Source: Squalus acanthias
Lineage: Eukaryota
Reading direction: 5' to 3'
Length of the DNA: 64,000 nucleotides
NCBI GenBank assembly: GCA_030390025.1
Contig: CM059438.1
Location: forward strand, 69,318,001-69,382,000
Made by a program: the position numbers and the translations under genes. Positions 13,391 through 24,187 of this stretch are shown here, piece by piece. The first letter of the stretch is position 1. Every line of letters starts with the position of its first letter. The notes under the pieces are model-generated. The model was not told the DNA's origin. It saw only the letters and a program-made list of their open reading frames with translations, and ran no database searches.

Positions 13391-14594
13391 ATGGGAGCCA
13401 TTTATATCCTCTCATCCTGGTCGGCAGATTCGGAGGAACAGCAGCCGCAGCAGCAGTACAACCAGGCCAGCAGCAGCAGCAACAGCAGGAGCGTCAACCT
13501 TCCCCTCAGCCACCTGATGATGCACAGGGCAGAGGGTGTCAGCGCAGGGCTGCACCTCACAGCAGGAGAAACCCTCAACACCGGCTTTACAGGCAGAGGA
13601 TGAGCTTCCTCAACGTGAGTGAGCAGCAGTGCCAAAGGAGGCTGAGAGTTCCGCGAGACGAAGTCGCTGACATCTGCGCAATGCTGCACCAATACCTGGA
13701 GGCCAGAGGAACGGGTGGACACTCCTTACCAGTGGCTGCCAAAGTCACCACTGCACTCAACTTCTTTGCTTCGGGTTCCTTCTAGGGCTCATCTGCAGAC
13801 ATTAGCAGCATCTCCCAGTCTGCCGCACACGCCTGCATCACGCAGGCTACCGATGCCCTCTTTGCAAAGACGCACAATTACATCCACTTCTCCACGGATG
13901 TATCAAGTGTAACTTCGCGTGCAGTTGGCTTTGCTAATATGGCAGGCTTCCAAAGTGTGCAGGACATCGTAGGCTGCACACATGTGGCCATTAGGGTACC
14001 CTATCACAACCCAGCTGTATTTGTCAACCGCAAGGGCTTCCATTCCCTTAACGTCCAGCTGGTGTGTAACCACAGGAACATCATCATGCATGTTTGCGCC
14101 AAGTTCCCTGGCAGTTGCCATGACTCTTTATCCTGCGGCAGTCTACTGTGCCTCAGCTCTTCAATCCGCCAATCCAACTTTCCGGATGGCTACTTGGCTA
14201 TCCCCTGAAAAAGTGGCCCATGACACCGATGAGGAGGCCATCAAACGAGACTGAGGAGCGGTACAATGTGAGCCACGTTTCCACCAGAAGCATCATAGAG
14301 CAAACCATCGACTTGCTCAAAATGCGATTCTGATGCCTCGACAGGTGTGGTGGAGCCCTACAGTACGCACCAGCCAGGGTCTCCAGAATGATCATGGTCT
14401 GCTGTGCACTGCACAACATCGCACAGCAGTGTGGCTTAGCGCTCCCTGAGGAACAAGTGGCTCAGCGCAGAGCATCCTCGGACAAGGAGGAGGAGGCACG
14501 CCTTGCAGGGCCGGATGTGACCAATGCAGCAGCACTCAAGCACATTGCTAGTCGTCACACAAGGGATGCACTCATCCATGCCAGATTCAAATAA
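13391..14594 (+). pseudogene. Harbinger (HARBI1-like) DDE transposase with stops and frameshifts
   Basis: [65 protein letters not shown]. Confidence 0.92.
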
Positions 14595-14873
14595 GCTTAA
14601 GCTTCAACCACAGGTGGCTGGCATATGGCTATGAATGTGTGGACGACCTTCTTAAAACACGATATATCATCTCTCCAATAAATGGTGCTTTCCTATCACT
14701 CTCAGCATCATCATTACAAATGCAAGTTGCCTTGAGCCCTCAATGTGCAACTTCTATTTCCCAGAACACATAGGCCAGAACTTCAACTGTTTGCCATCAC
14801 TTTTGTTTAATAAAATCACAAAAGGATGACAATGGCAAATATACAAAGAACAAAACACCCAAGTGACTTGTGA

Positions 14874-16948
14874 CTATTTGTGTGTTAGCTTCCTCTTATG
14901 CGTGCTTCTACGTGATGCTTCCCCTGTGGCTTCAGCAGATGTAGAGGCACCTTGCTCACTTTGATGCTGCGCCTGCTTAGACGCCTTTGGTGGGCGTCCT
15001 CTGGGTTTGGGAGCCTGCGAGGGCTCTGCAACAGTCTGCTCTTCCTGCGGTTGTGCAGTAGCTGAGACATCCATCTCAGTTGGGTGAGGACTCTGGGGCT
15101 CTGACCGAGGGCTCCGCAGTGGCATGGGAGTGTGAGCGCTTGGAGAGGAGCCCACACTTCCTTGTTGTCTGCCACCAACATCCCTCTCATGGGTCACCCG
15201 CACTTCAGTGATAGCAAGTGGCTGGAGAGCATCTTGCTGCACATCAGTGGGGCTGTGGGGACCCATCTCAGTACTGACAATCCTCATAACGGGGACGTCC
15301 ATGTACCTCTGGTGTCTCTCCTCAATAGATGCCCATCTATCCTCCATAGCAGACCATCTATTTAGATGAGTCACCATGTTCTCGTTTTTTTTATTCGTTT
15401 TATGGGATGTGGGCGTCGCTGGCAAGGCCAGAATTTATTGCCCATTCCTAATTGCCCTTGAGAAGGTGGTGGTGAGCCGCCTTCTTGAACTGCTGCATTC
15501 TGTGTAGTGAAGGTACTCCCACAGTGCTGTTAGGTAGGGAGTTCCATGATTTTGACCCAGCAAAGATGAAGGATCGGCAATATACTTCTAAGCCAGGATG
15601 GTGTGTGACTTGGAGGCGAACCTGGGAGTGGTGGTGGTTGGAGATGGACTCCTCCATTCTCTCCACACTCGCAGTTACCCTGGAGGCAAACCCTGTCAGA
15701 GACTACTGCACTTGTTCCTGAAGCTCCAGCACCGCTCTCTTTCTGGATGGCCCCAGAGGCACAGCATCTGCATGCAGCTGAGCAGAGCTAGGAGCGTCCC
15801 GAACCCTCCGACGAGGACTCTCCAATGCTGTCGCTGTCTCCACCATCTGCTGATGCTCACTTGTGAGCTGTGATACACCAGGTGACAACACTGCTCTCTG
15901 TCGCGAAGGCCCCACCAAGGTGTGGCTATTTGCGCTGGTGCTGCATGTGCTGAGTCCTGGTGACGCTGCTCCCTCAGAGGCTGCAGGTTCCTCAGAAGAG
16001 TTGTCCGGCTCTTCCTCCTGGACAGTGGGGAGGGGGGCGCTCGATGGTCCTGTGGAAGAGTAAAGGCATGAGTTAGACATGTGATTTTTAGGCAGCAGAC
16101 ACATCCTATTGTGCAGATGATCCAAAGTCAATCTCTATGAACATCATATGCCATTGCAGTCAGTCATGAAATCCAAATGCGAGGGTTGAAAATCTATTCT
16201 GTCACCAGCTTCCTCTATTGCGCCCGTCTCTCCATCCCCCACTTCCAGCTCCTCGCCATCTCCCACGATGTCGAGAGCAGCCTCCTCAGCACTTGTCAAT
16301 GACGGCAGAGATGGTGGGCCTCCTCCTGTCGACGCTCTCTCCCTCTTATTGTGGGCTATCTTTTCCTGCAAAGAGGGACACAAGTGGAGTTTCAGCGAGA
16401 TTGATGGAGTGAGTGTGAAGAATCCATAACATAGAAGCTTAGAGGGAGACCAAGATGGAGTGAGGTGGCAAGGGGAAGCTGCCTCCCTGTGCGTTGTTAG
16501 TGGTTGTCATTGCATAACAGTGAGAGCGAGTGTGAGGGGTACATAGTCGGATGGTGAAGTGATGCAGTACAGAGAGAGAGAGGGATAGGTAAGGGTCCAA
16601 GGGAAATAAGGGTAAGGTGGGATGTGGAGGAACAGGCTGACAATGCAGAGTGCTGGTGATGAGAAGAGAAGGGAAGCAGATTGAAGGTAAGTGTGATGTG
16701 ATACTCACTTTTGCTGACCGCAGAGGATCATTAAAGCGATTCCGGCACTGCACCCACGTGCGTGAACAAATGGACCTTGCGCTTACCTCCTCAGCAATGT
16801 GCAGCCAGGCTACCTTTATTTGCTGAGGAGGCTTCCTCCGGCCATCGGGAGGGAACAGAATCTCCCTGCGCCCTCCTACTCCCTCCACAAGAGCTTGGTG
16901 GGAGCCCTCATTAAAACGTGGAGCAGCCTTCGGTTTTGCACCCCTCAT
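14874..16948 (-). pseudogene. Harbinger Myb/SANT DNA-binding gene, 3 exons (16948-16709, 16365-16206, 16049-14874), exon 3 interrupted by a LINE tail
   Basis: APRFNE..AW..IAEEVS..RTWVQCRNRFND; GT-AG introns at the same positions as in the 24468 copy. Confidence 0.88.
15385..15640 (-). mobile_element. 3' fragment of the LINE family seen at 44386-47359
   Basis: Near-identical to 44386-44640. Confidence 0.88.
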
Positions 16949-18084
16949 TGTTGCCTTGACACATTCAAAGACCAGCAGAAATGATAAATGAAAGGCTGAG
17001 GCTACATGGGCCCCTTAAAAACAACTGCAGCAATGACATCATCAGAGGCAACTAATGGGCCTGATCCCAGTCATTGGACCGGCCAGCGTGCATGACGACA
17101 CTTAATAGGCCAATTAAATTAAAATTTCAAATCCGGAGCGGCTGAAACCGGTAGCGGGACCGGACCCCGCCCACCACGCAACCCAACTCCAACCTGACTC
17201 CTTCATTAAATTCGCGGCCAAAGAGACCGCAAAGGGATATAGACAGGTTAAGTGAGTGAACAAGAAGGTGGCAGATGGAGTATAATATGGGAAAATGTGA
17301 GGTTATTCACTTTGGTTAGAAGAATAGTAAAATAGAATATTTTTTTAAATGGTGAGATACTATTGGTGTTCGAAGGGATTTGGGTTTCCTTGTACATGAA
17401 ACACAGAAACTTAACAAGCAGGTACAGCAAGCAATTAGCAAGGCAAATGGTATGTTGGCCTTTATTGCAAATGGGTTGGAGTACAAGAATAAGGAAGTCT
17501 TGCTGCCCTTGTACAGGGCTTTGGTGACACCACACCTGGAGTACAGTTTTGGTCTCCTTACCTAAGGAAGGATATACTTGCCTTAGAAAGGGTGCAACGA
17601 ACATTCACTAAATTGATTCCTGGGATAAGGGGGTTGTCCTATGAGGAGAGATTGAGTAGATTGGCCCCATACTCTCTTGAGTTGAGAAGAATGAGAGGCG
17701 ATCTCATTGAAACATATAAGATTCGAGGCTTGATAGGGTAGATGCTGAGAGGCTGTTTCTCCTGGCTGGAGAGTCTAGAATTAGGTGGCATAGTCTCAGA
17801 ATAAGGGGTCGGCCATTTAGGACTGAGATAAGGAGGAATTTCTTCACTCAGAGGGTTATGAATCTTTGGAATTCTCTACCCAGAGGGCTGTGGTTGCTCA
17901 GTCATTGAGTATATTCAAGGCTGAGAGCGATAGACTTTTGGACTCTAGGGGAATCAAGGGATATTGAGATCGGGCAGGAAAGTGGAGTTGAGGTCGAAGA
18001 TCAGCCATGATCTTATTGAATGGCGGAGCAGGCTCGAGGGGCCGTGCGAACTACTCCTCCTCCTATTTCTTATGTTCTTATGTG

Positions 18085-18255
18085 CCTGTGGCAGCTCCTT
18101 GAAAGAGCTATTCAATTAGTTCCACTTGCCTATTCTTTCCCCATAGTCGTGCAATTTTTTTCTTTTCAAGTATATTTCCAATTCCCTTTTGAAAGTTCCT
18201 ATTGAATCTGTTTCCACTACCCTTTCAGGCAGTGAATTCCAGATCAGAACAACAT
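18085..18255 (-). mobile_element. CR1 3' tail fragment
   Basis: IWNSLPERVVETDSIGTFKRELEIYL. Confidence 0.8.
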
Positions 18256-19019
18256 AAGACTTGAAACTGCTTTTGGAGATATGTGTAGGTGCATGCATTA
18301 GCATTCATACAATATTCTATTGTCAAGGTCTATTCTTTGCATCTTTCAAATAAGCAAGTTAATGCTTGCACAAACATTAAATTGCTTATTTGAAACAAAC
18401 TAACACTTCTGCTAAATTAGCAGACAAAGGAATGGCATAGGAATATGTTACACATTCGTCTTGAGAACATTGCAAACAGTAATTTGTAGATTATAAGAAT
18501 TTGATACAGGTGATCTGTTATGGCAGCATTATAGTACCCTATTAACTCAACTCCTCATGACTAAGTAGGCACTGGAGACATGTTGGATATGATACATCTC
18601 AGGTTAGTGAGCCTAACTGAACAGTGCAGTCAGCGGTGTGTTGGAATATTAGTTCTGCATATTCAATAAATATCACATACAGTGATTTGCCATGATGTGT
18701 TTAGCTTATCCTCATAAATGGAAACAATAGATCTTGAACCTTAAAATAGATCAGTAAACAGCATCAGGGCTCGCTGCTGATTTAAGTAATATCATGTTTC
18801 ATTACAGCACAGATTATACAACAATTTTTCAACCCAACAAAAAATGGTGTCCTTGTTGTCATGGTTCTGAGAATAATGATAACATGTTGGTTGCTTTGTA
18901 TGGATTATTTGTTCAATGATGGGAACAGGTTGCTAGGGGAACACTTTTCTGTTTAACACAGGTTGTTCTATGGAATTTGGGTTAAGGGAGATTAATGTTA
19001 AAGTTTAAATATAGCTAAA

Positions 19020-19450
19020 GCTTTGTGACCAGTGTGGACCTGAGGGATATGGAGATGCAAAGCCAGAGCTGGTATACTGCAGGATATATGGACTGCGATG
19101 TAAGACTGCAGGTGGTTGCAGAGATGGGGCGGGTTGCAGCTATTGAGGGACATGTAAATGGGAATGGGGAATTTGAACATGATACACTGGGGAATCAGAA
19201 ACCAATGGAAGTCAGCAAGGATGGGCAAGCAGTATTTAATGCCAGTCAAAAGGTGGGTGGCAGAATTTTGGATACGTTAGCGTTTGTATTAGATGTATGT
19301 TGGGAGGCTGACAAAAAAAGATGTTGGAAAAGTCGAGACTGGACGTAACAATAAAGGTTACAGCAGTCAGTGGAGTCAGCAAGGGTGAAAGTGGGAAATG
19401 TTGTGGATATGGAAGAAAGCGGTCCTGCTGATAGACTGGATGTGGGCGTG
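19020..19450 (-). mobile_element. Degraded L2 3' fragment
   Basis: VQSRL, LPILADFHWFLIPQCIMFK resembles the L2 C-terminal P.L..LHWL.....I.FK motif. Confidence 0.6.
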
Positions 19451-19910
19451 TTACTTAATTTTTTTTTGGTGTGCGGTCCCTTTAAGTTTGCTGTGCGGCA
19501 GCGCATGTGCGGTATCTTTTCCAGCAGCAGCAGCTGGTGAGCAGTCTCCGCAGGGCCTCCCGATTGGTGTGCGGCCGTGCACATTTAGGTGAACGTTGCT
19601 CAGGAGTGAACTAAAGTAAAGTGCCCAGCAGATAAAGCACTACTTGGGTACTGGGCTTCTCACCGGGATTGAATTATCTTACATCCAGTGTAAAGCTCAA
19701 GTGCCCAGTGGAGGTGGTCTCATACCACGCAACTTCAGCAAACTCAGGAGTTAGATTGCAACAAGTCTGCCAAGTTATTCCGTCACTTTCATGGCAATGT
19801 GCATTCAAAACCCCATCACATTGACATGAAAGTGGAAACGCACTGGCAGCCGGAGTACTGACAACAGTTTAAGTGCCGGAAACTAGAAAATAAAATCTGT
19901 AGTTCTTATG

Positions 19911-20673
19911 GGCCCTGAAATTCGCCTCTCCGGCTTGCCGCGGGGGTAAGGATCGCGCGCGCACTTACCTACCGCGCCTGCCGTTGACCTCTGGGCCCAC
20001 GGGAACTTCAGCTCCAGCGCCTGCTCCAAGTGCCGGCGCGCAGTGCTTGCGTGTCCCAGGGGCGTAGTTAGTGCGATGCGTCCCCTGGGATCACGTGGGC
20101 CATGGAGAGCCAATGGCAGCAGACCATCTTTCATTCATAGATTTGACAGGAAGACCTCTCAAATCTATGAATTGAAATCGGCCCCAAAAGAACAGCTAAA
20201 CTTAAAATAATTTTTTTTTTAAACCATCACATTTATAAAATAACTATGAGTTAAATAAATTAACTACTTTAAACAAAAATTTAAATTCTTGAAAAAATTA
20301 AAATACTTTTTAACAGTGCTAAAAATAAACTTACCTTTCTTTAAAGTATCTAAAAAAGATAAACCTGTTGAAATTTTTTTAAATTATACTTAATTAACCA
20401 CTTACCTTGTTGAAAACGGGTCCTGCGCCTCCTTTTTAAATGTGCAGGTTCTTCAATACTTACCCTCCCGGAGAAACCTGAAAAAAAAACTAAGTTTGCT
20501 GCGTGCACGCAGCCTCTACCGCGCACGCGGTTCACCTCTGAACCACTCCCTTCACCAGACCGGAAGTTCCGGTTTCCCGCGCGTGCGCAGTGCATGCAGG
20601 AAACTGGCACTTCAGGACGCCTTACAGGTGAGTACACAGTGCGTACTCACCGGAAGGGCCGAATTTTTGGCCC
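19911..20673. mobile_element. Harbinger-type MITE, copy A
   Basis: Ends ggccctgaaattcg / cgaatttttggccc; near-identical inverted copy at 22615-23379. Confidence 0.88.
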
Positions 20674-21497
20674 ATTGTATATTGGAATACACAAGGATGT
20701 GTTTGGCACTAGCCTCAGTGGCTTGCAAAATATGATTAAACCTAGGAGCAAATATTGTAATAATCTACTTGTCATGGAACAAAAAGGGTAGCTGGGCCCT
20801 CATAGCATCTCATCAGCTTAACGGAATTATCATAGAATCCTACAGCATAGAAGGAGGCCATTCAGCCTGTCGTGCTTGTGCTGGTTCTTTGAAAGAGCCA
20901 TCCAATTAGTCCAACTCCCCTGCCCTTTCCCCAGAGCAGTGCAAGTTATTTCTTTTCAGGTATATATCCGATTCCCTTTTGAAAGTTACTGTTGAATCTG
21001 TTTCTACCACCCTTTCAGGCAGTTCAGTCCAGATCAAAACAACTCGCTGCATTAAAATATGTCTCCTCATCCCACCTCTGGTTCTTTTGCCAATCACCTT
21101 AAATCTGTGTACTCTGGTTACCGACCCTTCTGCCAATGGAAACAGTTTCTTCTTATTTACTCTATCAAAACCCTTCAAGATTTTGAACACCTCAATCAAA
21201 TCTCCCCTTAACATTCTCTGCTCTAATGAGAACAATCCCAGCCTCTCTAGTCGCTCCACATAACTGAAGTCCTCATCCCTGGTACCATTCTCGTAAATCT
21301 CCTCTGCAGCCTCCCCGACTCCTTGACATCCTTCCTAAAATGTGATGCCCAGAAATGGACACAATACTCCAGCTGAGGCCTAACCAGTGGTTTATAAAGG
21401 TTTAGCATAGCATCTTTGCTTTAGTACTCTATGCCACTATTAATAAAAATGAGAAGTCGCACAACACCAGGTTATAGTCCAACAGATTTATTTAAAA

Positions 21498-21535
21498 TTA
21501 CAAGCTTTCGGAGCTGTCGCCCCTTCATCAGGTAA
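21498..21535 (-). ncRNA. Minimal hammerhead ribozyme motif
   Basis: UUAC-CUGAUGA-a-GGGGC..GCUCC-GAAA-GCU-U-GUAA. Confidence 0.8.
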
Positions 21536-22168
21536 AGGTGCAATGAAGGAATCTACAATATTACACAATATATAAACACAGAAACTGCAGAGATACAATC
21601 TTTCAGGGAAGCATTACTTCAAAGACACACCAGAGCACAGCCAAGACAATGAGATGGGTCACAGGGGGTCCAACGTGTCAAATCCTGCTGTCTGCAGTTG
21701 AGCTTTTAACTTTTTTTTTGGTTTGGTTTTTTTTGTGTTTTTTTTTAAAACTGGAAAGACAGACAACGATGTCGAGTCACGTTCTGTAGCATAACATGAA
21801 CCCGATATCCCTATTGAGGCCGTCCTCATGGGTGCAGAACTTGGCTATCAGTTTCTGCTCGATGATTTTGCGTTGTCGTGTGTCTCGAAGGCCGCCTTGG
21901 AGAACGCTAACCTGCAGATCCGAGGCTGAATGTCTTTGACTGCTGTTTTTTCAGTTTTAAAAAAAACACAAAAAAAAACAAACCAAAAAAAAAGTTAAAA
22001 GCTCAACTGCAGACAGCAGGATTTGACACGTTGGACCCCCTGTGATCCATCTCATTGTCTTGGCTGTGCTCAGGTGTGTCTTTGAAGTAATGCTTCCCTG
22101 AAAGATTGTATCTCTGCAGTTTCTGTGTTTATATACTGTGCAATATTGTAGATTCCTTCATTGCACCT

Positions 22169-22206
22169 TTATCTGACGAAGGGGCAACAGCTCCGAAAGC
22201 TTGTAA
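22169..22206 (+). ncRNA. Minimal hammerhead ribozyme motif
   Basis: UUAU-CUGACGA-a-GGGGC..GCUCC-GAAA-GCU-U-GUAA. Confidence 0.78.
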
Positions 22207-22614
22207 TTTTAAATAAATCTGTTGGACTATAACCTGGTGTTGTGCGACTTCTCATTTTTGTCCACCCCAGTCCAACACCGGCATCTCCGCATCATGACTA
22301 TTAATAAAGCCAAAGATCCCATATGCTTTTTTAACTGCCTGATCAACTTGTCCTGCCACTTTCAAAGATTTGTGTACATAAACCCCAGACCTCTCTGTTC
22401 CTACACCACCTTTAAAATTGTCAAATTTAGTTTATATTGCCTCTCCTCATTCTTCCTACCAAAATGCATCACTTCACACTTCTCTACATTAAATTTCATC
22501 TGCCATGTGTCTGTCTCTGCCCTCCTGAAGTCTGCTTCTATCCTCCTTTCCGAGTTTTGTGTCATCTGCAAACTTTGAAATTATGCCATATATACCCAAG
22601 TCCACATCATTAAT

Positions 22615-23379
22615 GGGCCAAAAATTCGGCCCTTCCCGGGTGAGTACACACTGCGTACTCACCCGTAAGGCGTCCCAAAGTGCCGGTTTCCTGCATGCAC
22701 TGCGCATGCGCAGGAAACCGGAACTTCCGGTCTGGTGAAGGGAGCGGTTCCTAGGTAAACCGCGTGCGCGGTAGAGGCTGCGCGCACGCAGCAAACTTAG
22801 GTTTTTTTCAGGTTTCTACGGGAGGGTAAGTATTGAAGAACCTGCACATTTAAAAAGGAGGCGCAGGACCCGTTTTCAACAAGGTAAGTGGTTAATTAAG
22901 TATAATTTTAAAAAAATTTCAACAGGTTTATCTTTTTTAGATACTTTAAAGAAAGGTAAGTTTATTTTTAGCACTGTTAAAAAGTATTTTAATTTTTTCA
23001 AGAATTTAAATTTTTGTTTAAAGTGGTTAATTTATTTAACTATAGTTATTTTATAAATATGATGGTTTTTTTATTTAATTTATTTTAAGTTTAGCTGTTC
23101 TTTTGGGGCCGATTTCAATTCATACATTTGACAGGTCTTCCTGTCAAATCTATGAATGAAAGATGGTCTGCTGCCATTGGCTCTCCATGGCCCACGTGAT
23201 CCCAGGAGACGCATCGCACTAACTGCGCCCCTGGGACACGCAAGCACTGTGCGCCAGCACTTGGAGCAGGCCCAGGAGCTGAAGTTCCCATGGGCCCAAA
23301 ACACAACGGCAGGCGCGGTAGGTAAGTGCGCGCGCGATCCTTACCCCCGCGGCAAGCCAGAGAGGCGAATTTCAGAGCC
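22615..23379. mobile_element. Harbinger-type MITE, copy B (inverted relative to A)
   Basis: 3-bp TSD aat; ends gggccaaaaattcg / cgaatttcagagcc. Confidence 0.9.
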
Positions 23380-24187
23380 AATATATATCAAAAAGAGCAG
23401 TGATCTTAATACCGACCCCTGGAGGACACTAATATATACTACACTCCAATCTGAAAACAACCGTTCACCACTACACTCTGCTTTCTTTTCCTAAGCCAAT
23501 TTTGTATCCAAGCAACCACTGCCCCTTTAGTCCGATGGAATTCAATTTTGGTAACAAGTTTATTATGTGGTACTTTATCAAACGCCTTTTGAAATTCCAG
23601 ATACACAACATCAACTGCACTACCCTCATCCCACCCTTTCCGTTACTTCATTGAAGATCTCAATCAAGTTTGTCAGACATGATTCATCTTTAACAAATCC
23701 ACGCTGGCTGTCATTTACCAACCCAAGACTTTCCAAGTGACAATTAATTTTGTTACGGACTACTGTCTATTAAAGTTTCCCCGCCACCAACATTAGGCTG
23801 ACTGGTCTGTAGTTACCGGGTTTATCCCTCTCCCACTTTTTAAAAAAGGGGTATAACGTTTATAACCCTCCAGTTCTCTGGCGCCACTCCCATATCTAAG
23901 GAAGATTGTGCCTAGAGCCTCCATTATTTCCACCCTTACTTCCATCGGTAACCGAGGATGCATCCCATCAGGACCGGGTGACTTTTCTGTTTTGAGCACT
24001 GCCAACCTTTTAAGTACCTCCTCTTCAACTGTTAATGCATAATTTGTCACTATGGTACAATTTTAAAGGGGGTGCAAGGACAGAGAGACCTGGGGTGTTT
24101 GTGCAAAAATCTTTGAAGGTGGCAGGACAGGTTAACAAAGCAGTTAATGAAATATATGGGATCCTGGGTTTTATAAATAGAGGCATA

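Larger units (their letters stand above)
12852..17219. mobile_element. Full-length PIF/Harbinger DNA transposon (decayed)
   Basis: 15-bp TIR ggccg(t/c)gaatttaat; 3-bp TSD aaa; convergent transposase and Myb/SANT genes. Confidence 0.95.
12300..18080 (+). mobile_element. 5'-truncated CR1 LINE split by a Harbinger insertion (CR1 parts 12300-12851 and 17220-18080)
   Basis: RT motifs continue across the insertion (gaggacacaaa|gagac); ends in tcttatgttcttatg tail. Confidence 0.92.
21448..22296. mobile_element. Penelope-derived fold-back element (~300-bp inverted arms around a GIY-YIG C-terminal fragment)
   Basis: Arms ~21448-21755 and ~21950-22258; spacer matches the ORF end at 61770-61930; TSD actattaataaa at 21436-21447 and 22297-22308. 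Confidence 0.92.
20830..24030 (-). mobile_element. CR1 LINE fragment hosting a Penelope fold-back and a MITE
   Basis: KSPGPDGMHPR, SKFADDTKLG, LGLFSLEQRMLRGDLIEVFK and 3' UTR. Confidence 0.9.

Noticed and set aside
13391..14594. Domesticated HARBI1 host gene
   Set aside because: Lies between TIRs with a TSD and carries stops and frameshifts; it is a transposon copy
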